DNA of 64,000 nucleotides from a virus (Duplodnaviria; Heunggongvirae; Uroviricota; Caudoviricetes): IMG/VR virus record IMGVR_UViG_3300037067_007156, positions 525,519 to 589,518 of that record; one strand, 5' to 3'. Shown piece by piece: positions 18,686 to 29,027 of this stretch (position 1 is its first letter; each line of letters starts with the position of its first letter). The notes under the pieces were generated by a model. It saw only the letters and a program-made list of their open reading frames with translations, ran no database searches and was not told where the DNA came from. The position numbers and the translations under genes were made by a program.

Positions 18686-19087
18686 ATGGGCATATTAGAT
18701 TTTTTAATTGATAAAGATAATGGAAAACCAAAGTCTGATATGGAATATATTTACCGTTTAGATATGGTGTGGACACCAAATGAACTCGGTGACAAACCAA
18801 TTAAAAAGGGAACAATAGTAACCAATGTGGTTCAGCTTAAAAATAAAAGTTACGAATTTCTTAATAAAGAAACTGGTGAAGTATTAAAAACAAATTATGC
18901 ATGGGCTTTAGCTGAGAATACACCTGAAAATGTAGAAAGAATTGAAATTTACGAAAAAGAATATAAGAAATTCAAAGAACATGAAAAGTTAATCAATTCA
19001 TTGAGAATTGAAATTATAACTTTAAAAAGTGAAGGTGAAAAAAGAAAAGAGAACGATATTACAGATGAACTTTCAATTGAAATGTAA
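18686..19087 (+). CDS. hypothetical protein
   Basis: ORF in a co-directional run. Confidence 0.7.
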   Translation: MGILDFLIDKDNGKPKSDMEYIYRLDMVWTPNELGDKPIKKGTIVTNVVQLKNKSYEFLNKETGEVLKTNYAWALAENTPENVERIEIYEKEYKKFKEHEKLINSLRIEIITLKSEGEKRKENDITDELSIEM

Positions 19088-19221
19088 ATGTAAGTATTAT
19101 TGATAACGTTGGTGTTATGGATAGTTTCCGAATGCGGGTTTGTTTTCTTATCAAATTAGTACAAACAATAGTAAATAACTATTATCTGATAGTATTTTTA
19201 ATATTAATTTAAAAATAAAAT

Positions 19222-19563
19222 ATGAAAACATTGATTAACACATTAAGAGTTTGGAATACAATAAGAAAATATCCAGCAATATTTAAAGTAGTTGAAGATA
19301 TTTTTAAGTTTGTTGAAAGAGTGCATAAAGAAAAAAGACCAATGGTAACTAAAATTGTTCTTTTAAATATGACAGATGGAACTAAATTAGATGATTTTGT
19401 TTCTTTATGGGCAGGAATAGGCGAAGCAAGTCCAATCGAAAGATGTAGTCATTTAAAAGCACAAAACGAAGAGCTTAAAAGATTATTAATACTTGCAAGT
19501 TCTGGTAATTTATCAAACGAAGATAAACAAATGATTGAAATAACATTAAAATATTTTGAATAA
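19222..19563 (+). CDS. hypothetical protein
   Basis: ORF with A-rich initiation region. Confidence 0.7.
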   Translation: MKTLINTLRVWNTIRKYPAIFKVVEDIFKFVERVHKEKRPMVTKIVLLNMTDGTKLDDFVSLWAGIGEASPIERCSHLKAQNEELKRLLILASSGNLSNEDKQMIEITLKYFE

Positions 19564-19818
19564 TCGAATACTGCTTTGTTTGCAATTAACTGCTAATATA
19601 TAAATATAAAAAGCCAGTCAAAATTTTTTGGTTATTCATTATTTTCAATATATTATATATTCTCACAGTGAATGTATAAAAATTAAAGATTGAATTTTTT
19701 CTATTTTTAATTTTTGGTTTATAGCGCAAAAATTAAACTATAAATATTATAAAAAAATTATGTAACAATTATTTAATATATAAGTTTATACGATATGAAA
19801 AAATAGGTTATATTATAT

Positions 19819-20313
19819 ATGTTTAACACAATAAAATCCTTTAGAGTTTTTGAAAGTGAATTGACACAGGTTCAGTCAGGTACAACACAAGTTCAAAATG
19901 AACCGGATATTACAATGACGATTGATAAAAATGTTAAATTACCTAAAGATATTGTTATTGCTGTTGATAATGCTTCTGATGAATTAATTGGTAGACTAAA
20001 AGAAGAATTATCTTTATTAGGAAAAAAAAATAAAACAAAAAATATTCGACCAGTATCGATAAAAGGTTTTATAGATAAAGAAGATACTTATTTATTAAAA
20101 TATACTGAGCTGGAAGTTCAAATGAATACTTCAGATGTAATTAAAGGCACATATACATTAGATATTAAAAAAAATTCTAATATAAAAATTGAGTTGAATG
20201 ATGTTTTAGTGTTTGATTTAGTACATGATACATATACTGAGAATACACTTATTGATAAAATTATTTTTATTTATAAAAGTTATCTTAAAAATAATAATTG
20301 GAAACTTAAATGA
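19819..20313 (+). CDS. hypothetical protein with CTS-like N-terminus
   Basis: IKSFRVFESE; TAATATATA upstream. Confidence 0.7.
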   Translation: MFNTIKSFRVFESELTQVQSGTTQVQNEPDITMTIDKNVKLPKDIVIAVDNASDELIGRLKEELSLLGKKNKTKNIRPVSIKGFIDKEDTYLLKYTELEVQMNTSDVIKGTYTLDIKKNSNIKIELNDVLVFDLVHDTYTENTLIDKIIFIYKSYLKNNNWKLK

Positions 20314-21137
20314 AATCTTTTAAATGTTTTATAAAAGAAAATGTTTCAAATGAAATAATAATCCCAAAAGGTGGTAGGTTATTTCATGGTTCATTGGAAG
20401 ATTTTATTGAAGCTGATTTATCTGTTGGTGGATATGATAAAATTTTATGGACTGCTAAAGAACCAGCTATTGCACAATCTTATATACCAAAGGCTGGCTT
20501 AACTATGTATGTGTCTTCTAAAACAGTTGCTAACCCTTCTAAAAATGAATATATTCAAGATTTACAAAAATATCTTGGGTTTGAATATGATATGAATAAA
20601 GTGGAATGGGATAATATAAACCGTCCTAAGTCGTATTTTGCACCAAAAGGGTGGCATGGAAAATCGCCGTTACCAACGGAAGATGAAATATATCAATTAT
20701 TGAAAGAAAAGGGATTTAAAGAAAGAAATTATGATTTGTGGATAATTTATGCTGGTAAAAATAAAAATAAAATTTTATTACCTTCAGAAAAAAATTATGG
20801 TCGATTGTTTATATTAACAGCTAAAGAACCTGTTAAATTTTACGATACAACAATGGGTGGTGATAGAGAAGGTGATTTAACTGATTTAGACTATCATAAA
20901 TTAGATTGGTTTAAAACAGTACAAGATAAAGGTTATGACGGTATTATAATAAATGATTTCGCTCAAATAGATGATATGGGCAATTTCGGTCATATTAGTT
21001 ACGGAATCTTTAAAGATTCTATTAAAAAATTTGAATGGGTGACAATACCTGCCACCCATCCAGAAAATTTTAGTGAAAATAATTACAAAACTGGTAATTA
21101 TAATACACCGGAATACGAAGAATTTTTAAAAGGTTAG
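20310..21137 (+). CDS. putative virion-packaged ART-like protein
   Basis: MKSFKCFIKE N-terminus; RLFHGS...LWTAKEPAIAQSY...GYDGIII. Confidence 0.5.
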   Translation: MKSFKCFIKENVSNEIIIPKGGRLFHGSLEDFIEADLSVGGYDKILWTAKEPAIAQSYIPKAGLTMYVSSKTVANPSKNEYIQDLQKYLGFEYDMNKVEWDNINRPKSYFAPKGWHGKSPLPTEDEIYQLLKEKGFKERNYDLWIIYAGKNKNKILLPSEKNYGRLFILTAKEPVKFYDTTMGGDREGDLTDLDYHKLDWFKTVQDKGYDGIIINDFAQIDDMGNFGHISYGIFKDSIKKFEWVTIPATHPENFSENNYKTGNYNTPEYEEFLKG

Positions 21138-21607
21138 TTTTTATTATAAAATTTTTGTAGAATTATATCTTTTCTGTTTACCCAACAATTGAGTATGTTC
21201 ATTAAATTTTCTAACTGTGTGATATGTAAATTACCTATAATATCATCATCAATAACCACATCTTTTTTAAGTAAAAAAATGGGAACAATTAAATAGAAAT
21301 CTATTATTTGGTAATCCAGATTTAGGTTAGTGAAATAACATAACTTAGAAAATTTAGTATACGTAGGAAATAATACACTATTTTTAAAAATTAGTAGGTC
21401 AGGTTTAACAATACCTTGGCTTTTCAACCAAGAATTCATAATCCTGTTTTTAGGTGTGAAATCAACCAGATATTTTTCTTTCTTTAATACATCTAACAAT
21501 GTTTCTGATTGGTTTAATTGGTTATTAGAAAATGAGTGTGAATTTTCATCACACTCATTTTTTAGATAATCAAACAATTTAACGATGGTGTTAATTGTGT
21601 TTTCCAT
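21134..21607 (-). CDS. hypothetical protein downstream of the DUF262 gene
   Basis: 157 aa ORF, co-oriented. Confidence 0.65.
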   Translation of the reverse strand: MENTINTIVKLFDYLKNECDENSHSFSNNQLNQSETLLDVLKKEKYLVDFTPKNRIMNSWLKSQGIVKPDLLIFKNSVLFPTYTKFSKLCYFTNLNLDYQIIDFYLIVPIFLLKKDVVIDDDIIGNLHITQLENLMNILNCWVNRKDIILQKFYNKN

Positions 21608-21627
21608 ATAGAGAACTGGTTAAGGGG

Positions 21628-24129
21628 TTAAATGATTATTTTCTCATTGAAGTCTTTTATTTTATTAAACTCCTTCACAAATGTAGAAAATTTTTCGTTA
21701 ATCCTCGACAGTTCCAAACTTTGTTTTACATTATGTTTAGATATTTCCTTTTCCGATACTTTTTCGACCAACATTTTCAATATATTAGATACCATTACAT
21801 CTAATGTAATTTTTTTATCTATACTTTGAAATGATGTTAAAATGTCATATAATTTCGGGTCAAGCGTTTTTTCACCGAGTTTAAATTTGACATTTTTAGA
21901 CTTTAAATATATGGATGAATTTTTATTATCCACATAATCATCAATGACATCTTGTGTATTCTCTTGAATTTTTTTCTTGAAGTAATTTACACCACCCATG
22001 ATACCCCTTTTAATTATATCTTGTGTGTAGGTTAAAACTTCATTGTTTTTATCCTTATGATGGTCTCTGATACCAACGGCACACAATCCCATAATCACTG
22101 TATATTCAAGAAAATATAAGTATAACTCTTTCAACTCTTTTCTTTGAATATTCGTGATGCTCTTCATATCAATGTTATTATCATAAAAATAAAGAGAAAC
22201 TGCAATCGGGAGATTCATATGTATATTTGAAGTACCACCAAAAACACGTTTGATAATTTCCAATGTTATTTTAATAGATATGTTCTTGGAATCTTCAAAT
22301 ATGGATTTAATGTATGTAGAAATAATAAAATATTCATCAATAAGTTTAATGATGAATTTTTTACCGCCTTCATCAATCAATGTTTCCAATTGTTCACGAT
22401 AATGACTACCTTTTATTTTATAGCGCATCCGTAAAAAATACTGGAATGTTAATTCTGATGAATCTTGTATAGATGATGTTTTTCCCAGTATATTCAAATA
22501 TGAAGAAGCCTGATAAAATTTATGACTTATTTCTTTTTGAATTTCTGGTTCATCATTAAAATGATTGAGTAAAATTGATTTAGTCAACTCATAATTATTT
22601 AATTTTTTAGTTGACGTATTCAAAGTGATGAAAACATCATTCGCATTAACACTTTCATGTAATATACCAGCTTCACATGCAACATTCATTAGACTGTAAA
22701 AAATGAACTTCAAATCTAATATTCTGTTGCCATATTCATTACAAATAAAATTCAGTTTATTCAAAATATTATAAACTGAAAAATCTTTGTAATAAAAATC
22801 GGAGAATTTGCCATAATTATTCAATAAAACTATTTGTTCATAGTTTTCATTAATGAACTTGAACACCTCAGTATAAATTTTTTGGTCTTGATTTTTAACG
22901 AAATTTAAATTCGTTAAAATTTTATTTAAAATACCATACATAACTGAGAAGCTTTTATATTCTTCACTGTTAATTGTGTTCTTTATTTTATTCAAATGAT
23001 TGAATTGAATAACATAAATTAAAAGTTGAGTAGTTAAACGTTGTTGACCATCAATAATAGACAGTTTATCGTTTTTCTTATCGATTACAATAGAACCGAT
23101 GTTTGTGACCCGTTTGTGTTTATAATTTTTTATTAACGAATCAATATAAACATCAATTTCTTCTTTACCCCAGACATACTCTCTTTGATAATAATCAAAT
23201 GTAATAGAATCGTGAAATAATGTCACGACTTGTTTCTGAGAAAAAGACACAGATTGAATAAACTGAATCTTAGAATAATCTTCTAATTCATTAAGTTTAT
23301 TGATTAAATCAGCAGATAATGATTTTTTAGGGATAAGACCCGAAACAGAAAGAAGAGTTGAAGTTTTTTCTTCAGTTTTAGATGAAATATTTACATCTTG
23401 TTTTACACCTTTTGTTATATGCATGAATTCTTTTTTAAGAATCACGGGGTCTTTAGATAATAAAGTCTTTTTATTAAGACTGCCTTTGGGTCTACCCCGT
23501 TCACGTTTTTCCTGTTTTTTTATTTCAGGATTTTGCATTTTCAAAAGAGTATTTTTATTTAAAGAACCTTTAGGTCTACCTTTTTCATGTTTCAACTTCA
23601 CCTCAACTGGTGTAATTTTCATCTTTTCGATAGTTTTTTTATTTAAACTACCTTTAGGTCTACCTCTATCACGCATTACTTTAATGACTGGTATATTTTT
23701 ATCCAGTTTTTCCAAAGTTTTTTTATTAAGACTACCAAATGGTCTACCTCTTTCCTTTTTTATTTTTGGTTGTTGAGATAAGGAAGATAAGTTTAACAAT
23801 GTTTTTTTGTTTAAACTTCCTTTTGGTCTACCTTGACTGCGTTTTGTTTCATCGCTTTCTGAACTAATAACTGAATTATTATTTTTCAATAATTTTTCAG
23901 TTTTTTTTGCACCATCCAAAACTTTTTTTAAACCCCCTTTTGGATAATTACGCAAAGCGTTTTTAGTAGTTCTTTCATTAGTGATTGACTCACCATTGGT
24001 TTTTTTAATAATACCACTTAATGATTTTTTCGAAGAAATCGTTTGGCCAATCACACGTTTGTTTTTATTAACAAGTTTTTTTGTTTCTTTACTTGTTAAA
24101 ATTTTCATTTGGCTTTTCATAACACACAA
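21628..24129 (-). CDS. DUF262 (GmrS/ParB-like) protein with five N-terminal AT-hook-like repeats
   Basis: YQREYVW, IIDGQQRLTT, VFITLN; five GRP(K/F)GSLNK(K/N)T repeats. Confidence 0.8.
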   Translation of the reverse strand: MCVMKSQMKILTSKETKKLVNKNKRVIGQTISSKKSLSGIIKKTNGESITNERTTKNALRNYPKGGLKKVLDGAKKTEKLLKNNNSVISSESDETKRSQGRPKGSLNKKTLLNLSSLSQQPKIKKERGRPFGSLNKKTLEKLDKNIPVIKVMRDRGRPKGSLNKKTIEKMKITPVEVKLKHEKGRPKGSLNKNTLLKMQNPEIKKQEKRERGRPKGSLNKKTLLSKDPVILKKEFMHITKGVKQDVNISSKTEEKTSTLLSVSGLIPKKSLSADLINKLNELEDYSKIQFIQSVSFSQKQVVTLFHDSITFDYYQREYVWGKEEIDVYIDSLIKNYKHKRVTNIGSIVIDKKNDKLSIIDGQQRLTTQLLIYVIQFNHLNKIKNTINSEEYKSFSVMYGILNKILTNLNFVKNQDQKIYTEVFKFINENYEQIVLLNNYGKFSDFYYKDFSVYNILNKLNFICNEYGNRILDLKFIFYSLMNVACEAGILHESVNANDVFITLNTSTKKLNNYELTKSILLNHFNDEPEIQKEISHKFYQASSYLNILGKTSSIQDSSELTFQYFLRMRYKIKGSHYREQLETLIDEGGKKFIIKLIDEYFIISTYIKSIFEDSKNISIKITLEIIKRVFGGTSNIHMNLPIAVSLYFYDNNIDMKSITNIQRKELKELYLYFLEYTVIMGLCAVGIRDHHKDKNNEVLTYTQDIIKRGIMGGVNYFKKKIQENTQDVIDDYVDNKNSSIYLKSKNVKFKLGEKTLDPKLYDILTSFQSIDKKITLDVMVSNILKMLVEKVSEKEISKHNVKQSLELSRINEKFSTFVKEFNKIKDFNEKIII

Positions 24130-24596
24130 ATTTTTAATTATTAAATCCTGTACAAAAGTAAATAAAAAAATATAACAGTTTATTTTAAAATAAAGTTTTT
24201 TAACCGATATTGTTGAATATCATCTATTTTGTATGATTTTCATCATCGGTTTTGTGGCGGTAAATAAAAAAATAAAAAATAAATAATCGGATGTTATATT
24301 TTTTATGTTGTTTTTATTTAATAAACATATATCATGGAATATTGTTCATTTGAATATTAATTACAACCAAAATTATTATATTATTTAATATTAAAGTTAT
24401 ACAATTTCATTAAAATTTTATATAATTCACACATTTTCAATAATTTCTAAAAATTAAAAGTATTTAAAATATATTTATATAAAAAATAATATAAAATATT
24501 ATCTACAATTTTTGTTTGTTATATAAAAATATAATTAACTTTGTTACTTCAAATAAATATTTCAAATAAATAATACAAATAAAAAATTTTGAAACT

Positions 24597-25235
24597 ATGA
24601 GTAAGTTTAAATCTATTTTTATCAGAGAGGATGAAACTAAATCCACTGATGGGAAAGGTGCTGCTACTAATACTGTGCAGCAACCTGTAATACAACCAGA
24701 AATTCAGCCAACTTATTCGGCTGGTGTTCAGGGGATGGTTAATGAAAAAATTCTACAAAGTCTTAAAGAAGTTATTGAAAAAAATAACATAACTGGGGCT
24801 GATTATTATGAATTATCAATAGCAGTTGGACAACTGACTAACATCATTCCTGATGAAAAAACAAGAATGCTTGCAGCGTTTTCCACGTTAAAAACATCAG
24901 CACCTGACATTTCAAAAGAAAAACTATTGAGTTCAATCGACACTTATGTTCAACTTCTGAACAAAGAAAAAGAAAGTTTTTCTGCTGATTTAAAACAACG
25001 TTTTAATGATAGTGTTGGTAAAAAAACCAAAGCTGTTGCTGACGCTCAACAAAAACTTATCGACCTACAAAAGGAACAAACAACCTTGAATCAATTCATC
25101 ATTGAAGAATCTCAAAAAGCTCAACAAGAAGAATTAAAACTGAAACAAGTTGAGTCAAATTTCAATGCTACTATGGCTCATTTATTGGGTATAATGGAAG
25201 CAGATAAATTAAAAATAACACAATTCATTCAATAA
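24597..25235 (+). CDS. coiled-coil protein, first gene of ABC/OmpA operon
   Basis: NITGADYYE motif; helical C-terminus; TAACTTTG promoter box upstream. Confidence 0.75.
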   Translation: MSKFKSIFIREDETKSTDGKGAATNTVQQPVIQPEIQPTYSAGVQGMVNEKILQSLKEVIEKNNITGADYYELSIAVGQLTNIIPDEKTRMLAAFSTLKTSAPDISKEKLLSSIDTYVQLLNKEKESFSADLKQRFNDSVGKKTKAVADAQQKLIDLQKEQTTLNQFIIEESQKAQQEELKLKQVESNFNATMAHLLGIMEADKLKITQFIQ

Positions 25236-25248
25236 AAAATATAAATTT

Positions 25249-26265
25249 ATGAATAATTTTATACCCCCATCTATGAATGGGGAACGTAAACCATTATGGA
25301 AACAAAAAGGTGGTGGGTTTGCCACAGTGATGTTAGTTGCTGGTATAATAACTTTTATATTATTATCACCAAAACTATTATTTTTATTTCAATCTACTTT
25401 AAGTGCAATTTTAACCCTATGTGGAATAGGTGTGGTTTTATTTCTTCTAACTGATAAAAAGTTCCGTATGGGACTTAGTGTTGGTTATTATATTTTTATG
25501 AAAAAATTATTTGGTGTTTTTGTGGAAATCGCACCCGATAAGATTCTTGACCGTAGAATTGAACAGATGGAAGCCAATATTGCCAAGAGTGAAAGAAGCA
25601 CTGGTAATATGGGTGGTATTAAAACAGAAATCGAAGCTAAGTTAAAAGCTAAAAGAAAATTAATAAAAGAGCAAGCTGATACTGCTTTAATATACGAAAA
25701 ACAAGGTGATACTAATCATGCTGCAATAGCGAAACGTGAAGTGACCCGTCAAACAGATTTAGCTAATATGTATATTGAAATTCTTAATAGTGTTACAAAA
25801 TGGTATGACACTTTAAAGAAATTATTAGAAATGGCTAAATTAACTGTTGAAGACGCTAAGAATGAAGTGGAAGCTATAAAAGAAAGGTATAAAATTGCTG
25901 CTATTTCATATAATGCTTACAAAGCAGCTATGTCAGCTATGAATGGTGACCCAGATGAAAATGCACTTTTTCAAGCAGCCATTGATAAAATGTCTGATGA
26001 TATCACTTCGAAATTAGGTGAGATGGAACTTGTTCTTAATGAAACTAATGGTGTTATCGGTAAACTTGATGTTCGAAAAGAAGTAATGTCAATTCAAGGT
26101 AGTCAATTATTAGAAAAATACGAAAAACTTGGTTTAGATGGTATTTTAGATAAATTTGAAAAATTACCTTCTGGAAAAAATCAGGATAATGTCGTATACC
26201 AATCAGCCAATTTTACCCCTATTACAGAGGGTAATACAAATACGAAAGCAAAATATTTCGATTAA
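25249..26265 (+). CDS. membrane-anchored PspA-like coiled-coil protein
   Basis: Two to three TM segments followed by a long coiled coil. Confidence 0.6.
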   Translation: MNNFIPPSMNGERKPLWKQKGGGFATVMLVAGIITFILLSPKLLFLFQSTLSAILTLCGIGVVLFLLTDKKFRMGLSVGYYIFMKKLFGVFVEIAPDKILDRRIEQMEANIAKSERSTGNMGGIKTEIEAKLKAKRKLIKEQADTALIYEKQGDTNHAAIAKREVTRQTDLANMYIEILNSVTKWYDTLKKLLEMAKLTVEDAKNEVEAIKERYKIAAISYNAYKAAMSAMNGDPDENALFQAAIDKMSDDITSKLGEMELVLNETNGVIGKLDVRKEVMSIQGSQLLEKYEKLGLDGILDKFEKLPSGKNQDNVVYQSANFTPITEGNTNTKAKYFD

Positions 26266-26298
26266 AAATTATTATTAACCAATTAAAACAATACAAAA

Positions 26299-27861
26299 AT
26301 GTTTAAAAATTTAACAGGTGCAGGTAGAGCTGCCGTAGGTATTATCATAGTTGCTATTTTATCATTAGCTTATGTATTCCTAATTAAACCGAATATTAAA
26401 AATTCGGGTTCTAATCCTACATCAACAGAAAAATCATCTGGTGGTGGTATTGCAGATATTTTTTCATCTGGTGATGAGTTAACTGTTACCTATAACACTT
26501 TCATTGGTTGCGCAGGTCTTGTTCTTATGAATGATGGTGTAACACCAAATAAAGATTCCAGAATGTATAAGGATTATGGTATTTTACTAACTATTAATAT
26601 ACAAGATGTTGTTAAAGATAGTCGTAGTTCTCTTATCTCTGGTGATATTGATGCTGTATATTGTACTACTGATGCTTTATCAATAGATATGAGTAGTGGA
26701 AGTGGTGTTGTTATGACAAAAGCCAAAGAGATAATGCAGACAAACCAATCACATGGTGCTGATGTTCTTATGGTTGACCCGTCAATAAAATCAATTGCAG
26801 ATTTAAAAGGTAAAGAAGTGGCTTGTGCTGTTGGCACTGCGTCACACACTGCTTTGATTAAGTTTTTGGAATTAAATAAAATGACTGTCAATGATATTAA
26901 AATCGTTGAAGTGGGTGATGGTATAGAAGCATCTGGTATGTTTAAATCGGGTTCAGTACCTGCTGCTATGGTTTGGTATCCTGATAATAAAGATTGTTTA
27001 GATGCTATCGCTGGTTCAAAAGAATTAATTTCAACACGACAAGCACCATCTATTATAGCTGATGGTTTACTCGTCCCCGAAGAAATTATCAATAATAAAA
27101 AAGAATCCCTTATTAAATTAGTTACGGCTTGGCTTGTTGGTAATGCTGAACTTAATGTAAGTGAATCCGCTAAACAAACAGCTGCTAAGTTATTTGCCAG
27201 AGATTTTTTAGGTGGTAAGGAAGGAACTGTTGAAGTTTCATATGATATGTTATCAGGTGTTAGGTTTTCAACATATGGGGATAATGTAAATTTTTTCGGT
27301 TTGAACCCAACTTTCACTGGTATTACTGGTGATGAAATGTACACTAAAATGGCTGTGATTTATTCTAAACTTGGATTGACTAAATCACCACAACCTTGGA
27401 GAAATGTATCCGATGTGTCAATCTTACAAGCCATAAATTTAGCAAATGACCCTAAACAAGCAGCAGAAGTAGCACCATCATTTACACCAGTTACAAAAGA
27501 AATGATTACTACACCTGCTATTAGTAATATAAAGGCATCTATTAATTTTGAAAATAATTCTTCATTCTTAACAGAAGATGCTAAATATATTATTAAAAAA
27601 GAATTCGCTGGTATAGCTAAATCATTTAGGGATGCCCGTATTAGAATATCAGGTAATACCGATAATGTTGGTAATGCTTCTTATAATAAAACATTATCAC
27701 AAAAACGTGCAAAAGCAGTTGCTGATTATTTAGTACAGGAATATGGATTTGACTCAAATAAATTTATTATAGTTGGAAATGGGTCAATAGAAGCTATTGA
27801 GGCTGGAGTTGTTGGTTCTGATGAATCATATAGAAGAACCGATTTCGAAGTTCTCAATTAA
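26299..27861 (+). CDS. NMT1/THI5-like substrate-binding protein fused to OmpA C-terminal domain
   Basis: SHGAD...IKSIADLKGKEVA; INFENNS...ISGNTDNVG...NKTLSQKRAKAVADYL...RRTDF. Confidence 0.9.
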   Translation: MFKNLTGAGRAAVGIIIVAILSLAYVFLIKPNIKNSGSNPTSTEKSSGGGIADIFSSGDELTVTYNTFIGCAGLVLMNDGVTPNKDSRMYKDYGILLTINIQDVVKDSRSSLISGDIDAVYCTTDALSIDMSSGSGVVMTKAKEIMQTNQSHGADVLMVDPSIKSIADLKGKEVACAVGTASHTALIKFLELNKMTVNDIKIVEVGDGIEASGMFKSGSVPAAMVWYPDNKDCLDAIAGSKELISTRQAPSIIADGLLVPEEIINNKKESLIKLVTAWLVGNAELNVSESAKQTAAKLFARDFLGGKEGTVEVSYDMLSGVRFSTYGDNVNFFGLNPTFTGITGDEMYTKMAVIYSKLGLTKSPQPWRNVSDVSILQAINLANDPKQAAEVAPSFTPVTKEMITTPAISNIKASINFENNSSFLTEDAKYIIKKEFAGIAKSFRDARIRISGNTDNVGNASYNKTLSQKRAKAVADYLVQEYGFDSNKFIIVGNGSIEAIEAGVVGSDESYRRTDFEVLN

Positions 27862-27944
27862 GAGTTGTATTGTTTATTTGGATGGAGAGTTGTGACATAA
27901 ATGTCACACTCTCTTTCATCATATTCACAAATAAAATTATTCAA

Positions 27945-28118
27945 ATGAAAAATATTTTAATCATACTGGGAATATTCCTATTACTTTTAGTTTGTGGATT
28001 TTATATATTTCCATTAGTTGTTGTAGCGTTCAAAGCCGTAATTGGTTTAGTATTTATATTATTAATAGTAATAGGAATTTATATCGGTTATATAATACCT
28101 AAAAAGAAAAAAAAATGA
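27945..28118 (+). CDS. small membrane protein
   Basis: Two TM segments and basic tail; ATG start MKNILII. Confidence 0.6.
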   Translation: MKNILIILGIFLLLLVCGFYIFPLVVVAFKAVIGLVFILLIVIGIYIGYIIPKKKKK

Positions 28119-29026
28119 GTAAATCTGAAATATTTAAAATGGGTGGTATTGTTAATTCTAAAACCCGTTTATTTTTATCTATATTGGGTGTTATTGGTTT
28201 TTTATTAACATGGCAGATAGCAAGTCATTTTAGTAAACCCCAAATATTACCTTCACCGTTTAGAGTTTTATTAGCATTAAAAGAAATTCTTCTTGAACCG
28301 AATACATATTTTAATATTTGGTATTCTATTAAATTAAATTTATTAGGATATGTAATAGCACTTGGAATTACAATACCTTTTGGATTTCTGATGTCATTAT
28401 ATCCAATTGGACGAGGTTTGTTTAATACAAATCTTAATGCAGCAAGATATTTACCACTCACTGCTGTTACTGGTTTATTTATAGCGTGGTTTGGTATCCA
28501 ATTCGATATGAAAGCTTATTTTATGGGATTTTCCATTTTAATATATCTGTTACCTGCTATGACCCAGAGAGTCGATGAAACTGAAAAAATACATTTACAA
28601 ATTATACATACACTTGGTGCATCCAGTTGGCAGAAATTTAAACATGTATATTTTCCTTCTGTGATGAGTAAATTTTGGAAAGATACAAGATTATTGGTTG
28701 CTATCTCTTGGACTTATATTATTGTAGCTGAATTAATAAACAAAGAAGGTGGAGTGGGTGCTATGATTTTTAATGCAGGTAAACAAAGCCGGATTGATGT
28801 TATTATAGCTGTTTTAATATTAATCATTGCGATTGGTATGTTACAAGATGTACTTTTTTATGTAAGTGATAGATTAATGTTTCCACATGATTATAATATT
28901 TATCGAAAGAAAAACATCATAAAATCATCAACAAATATACCAACAACACCTGTGGACACTGGAACACCTATAACTTCAATAGAACCAAGGAAATCATTTC
29001 TACAAAAATTAAAACTCGTTAAATAA
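28115..29026 (+). CDS. NitT/TauT ABC transporter permease
   Basis: ILPSP, TLGASSWQKFKHVYFP, SWTYIIVAE. Confidence 0.92.
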   Translation: MSKSEIFKMGGIVNSKTRLFLSILGVIGFLLTWQIASHFSKPQILPSPFRVLLALKEILLEPNTYFNIWYSIKLNLLGYVIALGITIPFGFLMSLYPIGRGLFNTNLNAARYLPLTAVTGLFIAWFGIQFDMKAYFMGFSILIYLLPAMTQRVDETEKIHLQIIHTLGASSWQKFKHVYFPSVMSKFWKDTRLLVAISWTYIIVAELINKEGGVGAMIFNAGKQSRIDVIIAVLILIIAIGMLQDVLFYVSDRLMFPHDYNIYRKKNIIKSSTNIPTTPVDTGTPITSIEPRKSFLQKLKLVK

Positions 29027-29027
29027 T

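Noticed and set aside
19100-19600. attC-like cassette boundaries around ORF 19222..19563
   Set aside because: TAAC-type ends are suggestive, but I could not build a convincing inverted repeat
23460-23835. Repeated GGTCTACC-containing units as a possible CRISPR array or iterons
   Set aside because: They encode the GRPKGSLNKKT peptide repeats and have irregular spacing
26574-27344. 256-aa minus-strand ORF, also 23300..23776, 44437..45530 and 52180..55015 antisense ORFs
   Set aside because: Antisense to well-supported genes; explained by codon bias
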